In this document: positions 58,521-64,000 of the stretch, piece by piece
Position numbering within the stretch: the stretch's first letter is position 1
Layout of the letters: each line of letters begins with the position of its first letter
Assembly: GCA_965223345.1 (NCBI GenBank)
Contig: CBDCWG010000012.1
Location: 1,344,001 to 1,408,000, forward strand
Direction of reading: 5' to 3'
DNA length: 64,000 nt
Origin: Nitrospinales bacterium
GTDB taxonomy: Bacteria; Nitrospinota; Nitrospinia; Nitrospinales; VA-1
Notes under the pieces: model-generated
Told to the model about the DNA's origin: nothing
Seen by the model: only the letters and a program-made list of their open reading frames with translations
The model's database searches: none
Made by a program: the position numbers and the translations under genes

Positions 58521-59543
58521 GTGATGTCTGAAGAAATTGCCAACGAAAAAACCGATCCCAAGGATTCGGAAACCGAATCCGAATCCGTCGCGCTGGAGCT
58601 TGCGGCGGAGCAAACCCTTCCCGAAGAAGTCCCCGAAAAAGTCGATCACACCCAGCTGTATGTCTGGGTGGCCGATGCCGGCAACGACCGCATCCAGAAA
58701 TTCAACGGCAACGGAGAGCTGCTGTTTTCCTTCGGCAGGTCCGGAGGGACGCGCCCGCCCTACAATCCGGGTGAGTTCAAAACGCCGAGCGCTGTCGCGG
58801 TGGACGTCAGCGGCAACATCTGGGTGGCCGACACGGGCTGCCACCGCATTCAGAAGTTCGATGCGGACGGGGATTTCATGCTGGAGTTTGGCAGCGAAGG
58901 CTGGGGGCAGGAAAAGTTTTACTGGCCCCAGGGCATCGTTGCGGAGCCCACGGGAACGGTGCTGGTGGTGGACACGTCCAATCACTGCATCAAGCGTTAC
59001 GACGACGACGGCGATTTTCTGCTGAGTTTCGGCTATGCCGGGGATTTCGACGGGTTTTTGAAATTCCCGGTGGGCATCGCGCTGGACAAGGAAGGCAACA
59101 TCTACGTCGCCGACCGGGACAACCAGCGGATCCAGATTTTCAATGAGGACGGCCAGTTTCTGTCGAAATTCGGGGAGTACGGGTTCGAGCAGGGCCGGCT
59201 CAATTTTCCGAGCGGCATCGCGGTGCGCCGGGACGGCACCATCCTGGTGGCGGAAAAGAGCCAGAACCGGCTGCAGATTTTCTCGCGCGAGGGCGCGTCC
59301 CTCGGTGTGCTGGGAGAGCCCGGCAAACGCGACGGCCAGTTCAACTGTCCCACCGCGATCGTGGAGGACCCCTATGGCTACTTATTCGTTGTGGATACCA
59401 TCAACCAGCGCATCCAGAAATACGATCCGGACCTGAACTTCGTGTCCAAATGGGGCATCATCGGCAAGGAGCCGGGGCAGTTCAAGGACCCGTCGGGAAT
59501 CTGTCTGTCCTGGGAGCCGGACTGGGCGCCGCAGGACGATTGA
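58521..59543 (+). CDS. Six-bladed NHL-repeat protein with an acidic N-terminal extension
   Basis: ADAGNDRIQKF, ADTGCHRIQKF, VDTSNHCIK, ADRDNQRIQ, AEKSQNRLQ and VDTINQRIQK repeats. Confidence 0.88.
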   Translation: MMSEEIANEKTDPKDSETESESVALELAAEQTLPEEVPEKVDHTQLYVWVADAGNDRIQKFNGNGELLFSFGRSGGTRPPYNPGEFKTPSAVAVDVSGNIWVADTGCHRIQKFDADGDFMLEFGSEGWGQEKFYWPQGIVAEPTGTVLVVDTSNHCIKRYDDDGDFLLSFGYAGDFDGFLKFPVGIALDKEGNIYVADRDNQRIQIFNEDGQFLSKFGEYGFEQGRLNFPSGIAVRRDGTILVAEKSQNRLQIFSREGASLGVLGEPGKRDGQFNCPTAIVEDPYGYLFVVDTINQRIQKYDPDLNFVSKWGIIGKEPGQFKDPSGICLSWEPDWAPQDD

Positions 59544-59584
59544 GATTGCGCTGGTTAAAAAAATCAAATTCATCGAGCCGATTT

Positions 59585-60229
59585 ATGTTTTTCAATCCCA
59601 AGTTTAGAGCCCTTTCCCTGATCGCGACTCTAGCCTGCGTGCTGGCGCTGCCGTCAGCGGTTTTCAGTGAGGGCGAAGGTTCCGACCCGATCTTCGACGG
59701 TCAGATCCTCTCGCTCACCGAAAAGAAACCGCCGCTCGAACCCTCGAACGATCCCCGCTTTAAAGATAATGACGACGGCACCGTCACCGACCGGGAAAGC
59801 GCGTTGATGTGGAAGCAGCAGGACTCCTACCAGGAATTGAAAAAATGGATGAACTGGAAAATGGCCCACGACTACATCCAGAAGATGAATGCGTCCCGGT
59901 TCGCAGGATACGACGACTGGCGGCTGCCGACGCGCAAGGAACTGGAGACTTTGTTTGAAGAGGACAAAAGCATTCCCTGGAAGTATTACTGGACGACCAA
60001 TGAAGTCCATATGGACCCGATTTTCGGTTACACCAGCTGCTGCTTCTGGAGCAGCGAAACTTACAAGGACAAGTATGCCTGGACGTTCAATTATATCCGC
60101 GGCAAAGCCTATCCCAGCCCGACCGAGGGGCCGGGCCTGTCGCTTTCCGTGATCCGTGCGGTGCGCGGCGCCGAGGTCAAGGCCGAGGCTGCTCCCGCTG
60201 CCGCCAGCGAGACGGTGCCCCATCCCTGA
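59585..60229 (+). CDS. DUF1566 (Lcl C-terminal) protein with signal peptide
   Basis: FKDNDDGTVTD, LMW, DWRLPT..EL, FWSS and IRAVR motifs. Confidence 0.85.
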   Translation: MFFNPKFRALSLIATLACVLALPSAVFSEGEGSDPIFDGQILSLTEKKPPLEPSNDPRFKDNDDGTVTDRESALMWKQQDSYQELKKWMNWKMAHDYIQKMNASRFAGYDDWRLPTRKELETLFEEDKSIPWKYYWTTNEVHMDPIFGYTSCCFWSSETYKDKYAWTFNYIRGKAYPSPTEGPGLSLSVIRAVRGAEVKAEAAPAAASETVPHP

Positions 60230-60263
60230 GCGGTGCGCCGCGTTCGCACTGGAAACCGAACCC

Positions 60264-61073
60264 ATGACGGACGAAACCCAAGACGAAAGCCCAAACCCGG
60301 AATCCGAATCGCCCGAAGAGGCGTCTCCGCCCGGCGAAGAAGCGGTCGAACCGCAGGAGCAGGCGGAGGAAGCCGCTGCCGAGGCGTACGGCGAGGAAGA
60401 GGAAGTCGAGTTCGACCTGGAAGCCCAGGTGATGGAATTCAGGCGCCAGATCGAGGAGGAGCCGGAAAACTGCATCCACCATTACAATCTGGGCGAAGCG
60501 CTGGTCGAGCTGGGGGAGCATGAGGAAGCCAAGGAAGAATTCGACCTGGCCCTGCTGTACGATCCGGAAAAGGAGTTCAGTTCGGTGGTGCATTTCTCGC
60601 TGGGAAACCTGTACTTCAGCAAACTCATCTCCGGCATCCACGGCACCGTGGTGCGTAGTTCGGTGGGCCTGCATTCGGCGCACAAGGCGGGCGACACCAT
60701 CACGCAGGTGAACGCCGAGGATTACGAGGTGCCCATCCAGGCGTTCGAGGCGGCGATCGAGGATCTCGACCGCTTGAAGGCGGACGACGACATCGTCGAG
60801 TATGTCAGCAAGAACGCGCCGCAGCAGATCGCCGACACGTATTACAAGTGGGCTTCGGATCTGATCGACAAATCCCGGCAGATCGAGCATTACGGCGAGG
60901 AGATCAAGGATGTCAGGCTGGCTCTGAAACACCTCAAGAAAACCCTCGAGATCGATCCCAACCATTCGCAGGCCAACCTCATGGTCAAATACGCCAAGAA
61001 AATGCTGCAGGAGGGCTGGAAAGCCTTCGATGAATACGGGTTCGAAGCGAAAAGTATCGAGGGAATCGGTTAA
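60264..61073 (+). CDS. TPR-containing protein with an acidic N-terminal extension
   Basis: HYNLGEAL, HFSLGNLY and LEIDPNH motifs; E/P-rich first ~50 aa. Confidence 0.78.
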   Translation: MTDETQDESPNPESESPEEASPPGEEAVEPQEQAEEAAAEAYGEEEEVEFDLEAQVMEFRRQIEEEPENCIHHYNLGEALVELGEHEEAKEEFDLALLYDPEKEFSSVVHFSLGNLYFSKLISGIHGTVVRSSVGLHSAHKAGDTITQVNAEDYEVPIQAFEAAIEDLDRLKADDDIVEYVSKNAPQQIADTYYKWASDLIDKSRQIEHYGEEIKDVRLALKHLKKTLEIDPNHSQANLMVKYAKKMLQEGWKAFDEYGFEAKSIEGIG

Positions 61074-61109
61074 TTCATATATAATTGAACACCAACTCTG
61101 GAATCGGTC

Positions 61110-61505
61110 ATGGCGGACATCGAAGAACTGGTACGTGAGAATCTGAGTAGCGACGGGCAGGTGTTGAGCCTGAAGGCCAAATTCATCCGTGAAGTGGGCG
61201 CCCGGGCGCTGGCCCAGGTGGAAGAATTGAAAGGACTGCGGTCTTTGAACCTGTCGCAGAACGGCATCGGCAACGACGGGGTCAAGGCCCTCACCGAGTC
61301 TCCCATTTTTGCCAACCTGCGCACCCTGAATCTTTCGTCCAACGAAATCGGCGACGAGGGGGCGATGTATCTGGCGAACGCCAAGTACCTGAAGAACCTG
61401 CGCAGCATCCAGCTGGTGGTCAACGACATCTCCGAAGAGGGCGAAAAGGCGCTGAGAAACTCGCTGGCGCTGGAGAGCCTGACGACGCTCAAATTTCGCG
61501 TCTAG
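61110..61505 (+). CDS. Small ribonuclease-inhibitor-type leucine-rich repeat protein
   Basis: 28-aa repeats LRSLNLSQNGIGNDGVKAL, LRTLNLSSNEIGDEGAMYL and LRSIQLVVNDISEEGEKAL. Confidence 0.85.
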   Translation: MADIEELVRENLSSDGQVLSLKAKFIREVGARALAQVEELKGLRSLNLSQNGIGNDGVKALTESPIFANLRTLNLSSNEIGDEGAMYLANAKYLKNLRSIQLVVNDISEEGEKALRNSLALESLTTLKFRV

Positions 61506-61552
61506 GAACTCATTTTATGCCGGCGGGCCGGTTTCGCCGGGCGGAATTATTG

Positions 61553-61565
61553 TAAGCAATTGATT
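61553..61565. promoter_or_regulatory. IHF consensus site
   Basis: Reverse complement AATCAATTGCTTA matches WATCAANNNNTTR. Confidence 0.45.
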
Positions 61566-61821
61566 CTAAATACGGTTGTTAGCGCGGCTCGAGGGGGGAA
61601 TTTATATCTTGACTTATTTGGAACCGTTTGATATTTTTTGTCAACCCTAGAAAAGCCTGCAAAGTTTCAGGGGTGATATTTGCCGTAAACACTCGGATGG
61701 TTCGTAAAGTCTTTTAGAATATAGAGTCACAGAAATACCGATGGGAGGTGGTATTCGAATATTGGGGTTACCACGTCAATTGTTTTCCATTTTTTCATTC
61801 CGCTTTTGAAAGGGGGAGCTA

Positions 61822-62325
61822 ATGAGAAGGACGGCAGTCAGTATCATCACAATTTTTGCATTTTTTGCTCTGGTTGCAGTAGCCAGCGCGAATGTCACCA
61901 CGGTAAAACCGGGTGACCAGGCTGTATGTGAGAACGCATCCTGGATCGTTTACAACATCAGCGAAACCGAAGACACCAAAATTGAATTCGACATTGGGCC
62001 TTACGCTTACGCATGGGAAAAGGTTTTCAAAGCAACCATTCCTCCGGGCGGCTATGAGACCAATGCTCTGGCCAAAAAGTCCATCATTTCCAACAAAGGC
62101 CCCGGCGACATTTCCGTGAACTGTCAGCGCCAGCGTTTTGACCGGCATGACTGGAAAATCGATCCCGGTTCCGGAAAAACCTATCAGACCGATTACCATC
62201 TGGACCACGTCAAGCCCGGCACCTACATCGAGCCTGGTTTGGGTATGCCGACCGGTACCGAGCGCGGACTGTTCAGTCAGCGCGGTACGGGTTCTGGCGG
62301 TGACGCTCCTGAAACCAACCGTTAA
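61822..62325 (+). CDS. Exported hypothetical protein
   Basis: Signal peptide ending ASA; GGGGAG RBS; two Cys. Confidence 0.8.
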   Translation: MRRTAVSIITIFAFFALVAVASANVTTVKPGDQAVCENASWIVYNISETEDTKIEFDIGPYAYAWEKVFKATIPPGGYETNALAKKSIISNKGPGDISVNCQRQRFDRHDWKIDPGSGKTYQTDYHLDHVKPGTYIEPGLGMPTGTERGLFSQRGTGSGGDAPETNR

Positions 62326-62361
62326 TCGGCGGGTCCTTTAGGACAAGAACCAAGCAGTGCG

Positions 62362-62397
62362 AGCTGGAAGGCCTTTTGGCCTTCCAGCTTTTTTTTT
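62362..62397 (+). terminator. Intrinsic terminator
   Basis: AGCTGGAAGGCC-TTTT-GGCCTTCCAGCT followed by T8. Confidence 0.9.
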
Positions 62398-62456
62398 GAT
62401 CTTTCCCGCTTTGAATTTAAAATAGAGTCATCACTATCTGAGTTGCAGAGGATCGT

Positions 62457-62951
62457 ATGGAAGACAAACGTTTTGTGGACAACGGCGACGGGACGATCAC
62501 CGATACCCTGACGAATCTGATGTGGATGAAGGACGATTCGTTCATCGAAGTGCAACGGTTTTTCAACTACACGAATGCGGTGCGCTACAAGGACAAAAAG
62601 AACGCGGACGCGTTCGCGGGTTACATCGACTGGCGGCTGCCGCACAAAAAGGAAGCGCATACTTTGTTCGACAAACAGAAAAACCTCAGGGACAAGTACG
62701 ACATGGACATCCACATCGATCCGGTTTTCTCGCCGGGCTGCGGCTACTCCACCTGGACCAGCAACACGCGGGGCAAGATCACGGCCTATGTGTACTCTTT
62801 CAACAGCGGTTCCGGAGGGCACAAGGAGGTGGACGACATTCTCGATACCAGCGTGCGCCTGGTGCGCGGGGAGTTCGACAAGTCGCGCATCAAGCTGGAG
62901 AAGATTCCCGAAGTGCGGGACAAGATCATTCAGGGAGGCGGCTGGCGTTGA
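62457..62951 (+). CDS. DUF1566 protein, no signal peptide
   Basis: FVDNGDGTITD, LMW, DWRLP, WTS and VRLVR motifs. Confidence 0.85.
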   Translation: MEDKRFVDNGDGTITDTLTNLMWMKDDSFIEVQRFFNYTNAVRYKDKKNADAFAGYIDWRLPHKKEAHTLFDKQKNLRDKYDMDIHIDPVFSPGCGYSTWTSNTRGKITAYVYSFNSGSGGHKEVDDILDTSVRLVRGEFDKSRIKLEKIPEVRDKIIQGGGWR

Positions 62952-63321
62952 TTGCGCCGGCGGCCTTTCCGGGTGGATGTGGTTCGTATTGTTTCACAAG
63001 CTGTGTTTTTTGTCCTTCCCCGCTCCGAAACGATCGTTGTGAATCAGGCAGGTTTCGCCTGCGGCCGAAAGATGGCAAAGTCCTTCAATTTCCCCGCTTT
63101 CCCCTCGCTGGATTGGGCTTGAAAATACGCCATGCTGGTGTTACTGTATTGAAATAAAATACCTTGAGTCCTTGTTGCGGTTGCCCATTCCATTTTAACA
63201 GTCTGCTGTTCATTCCTTTACGGTCCATGGATGTACAGGTGGTTGACCTCAATCCTGTTCGGCAATCGAGAAGAGGGATGCGGCAACGGCTGTGTGTGTT
63301 CATCAATTCGAGAGGTGTGTT

Positions 63322-63762
63322 TTGCCCCAGACGATAAAACAGTTTCAGATCAATGACGACGGCACGGTGACCGACACCGAGGAAGATTTGCAGTGGCCGG
63401 TCAAGGATTCCCGGCAGGAACTGGGGAAATGGCTCAATTGGGACGAGGCCAACGGCTATGTGCAGGCCTGCAACGAACAGAAGTACCTCGGGCACGATGA
63501 CTGGCGCCTGCCGACCAAAAGCGAAGTGCGTTCTTTGTTCAAATTTCCCGACCTGTACCGGGAGATTTTTTTGAAACAGCCCAAGCGGCCGGTGCGCAGC
63601 GTCGCCAATTACCAGGCGGGCGGAGAAACGAGCGTGTGGACCTCGGAAACGCGGTTCGATTCGTATGCGTGGAAATGTTATTTCCCGGGCGGACGCGAGG
63701 TGTGCGTCGAACAGAGCGTGTCCACCACGGGCACGTCGGTGCGGCTGGTACGCGACGCTTAG
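63322..63762 (+). CDS. DUF1566 protein, no signal peptide
   Basis: FQINDDGTVTD, DWRLPT, VWTS and VRLVR motifs; TTG start after GAGG. Confidence 0.82.
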   Translation: MPQTIKQFQINDDGTVTDTEEDLQWPVKDSRQELGKWLNWDEANGYVQACNEQKYLGHDDWRLPTKSEVRSLFKFPDLYREIFLKQPKRPVRSVANYQAGGETSVWTSETRFDSYAWKCYFPGGREVCVEQSVSTTGTSVRLVRDA

Positions 63763-63809
63763 CGATGATTTGCTCAGCGTGAACGGCTGCGTGCAAAAGG
63801 AGTAGCGGC

Positions 63810-64000
63810 ATGGCTGATGAAGAAAAAGTGGAACCGGAAGTCCCTGAAGAGGAGTTGGAAGACCTCGACGACGGGTCCGAGGAAGAGGAAGGCTACGAGA
63901 GCGACGAGTGGCTGGGCGAAGAGGACTGGGGCGAAGAAGAGGACGAGGAAGCGCTTCTCGAGGAGGAAGTCCCCACCTTCGTCGATAACGGCGACGGCAC
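63810..64000 (+). CDS. Partial probable DUF1566 protein with a highly acidic N-terminus (runs off the window)
   Basis: AGGAG RBS; MADEEKVEPEVPEEELEDLDDGSEEEEGYESDEWLGEEDWGEEEDEEALLEEEVPTFVDNGDG…. Confidence 0.72.
   Translation, partial: MADEEKVEPEVPEEELEDLDDGSEEEEGYESDEWLGEEDWGEEEDEEALLEEEVPTFVDNGDG

Noticed and set aside
59585..64000. Diversity-generating retroelement targeting the DUF1566 genes
   Set aside because: No reverse transcriptase, and I saw no near-identical template/variable repeat pair differing at adenines within the window; it cannot be excluded beyond the edge
49134..64000. Magnetosome, gas-vesicle or microcompartment locus
   Set aside because: No recognisable Mam, Gvp or BMC shell proteins; TPR repeats and acidic tails alone are not diagnostic
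1..64000. tRNA, rRNA, prophage, integrase or IS elements
   Set aside because: No such sequences or protein motifs were recognised

Overview
GC-rich bacterial chromosomal window with about 58 CDS. I found no rRNA, tRNA, CRISPR array or transposase. The combination of copper nitrite reductase NirK, MoeA, a MobB-MobA fusion, a diheme cytochrome c fused to an ethylbenzene-dehydrogenase-like heme-b domain, an alginate-export-type porin and HpnA suggests a nitrite oxidiser, probably Nitrospinota-like (inference only). Layout: (1) a giant NHL protein at 0.2-3.8 kb; (2) a ~20 kb surface-glycosylation region at 4-23.7 kb, interrupted by prfB (programmed +1 frameshift) and an RNase Z-like gene, and containing a GT4 gene broken at a T9 run; (3) LOG, CruF-like, HpnA, PPIase, porin and FG-GAP genes; (4) Moco genes divergent from nirK, which has sigma-54 and IHF signals and an adjacent PAS-type sigma-54 activator; (5) a TMTC-like TPR protein, tandem cyclophilins, a KamA-family gene, a cytochrome c and phnD/phnC; (6) at 47-64 kb, an NxrC-like cytochrome followed by an uncharacterised cluster. 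That cluster holds NHL, TPR, LRR and DUF1566 proteins, many with very acidic extensions, and flanks two radical SAM genes with non-canonical Cys motifs and a MidA-like methyltransferase. It is the best candidate for an undescribed system. All family assignments come from reading motifs by eye; no database search was run.
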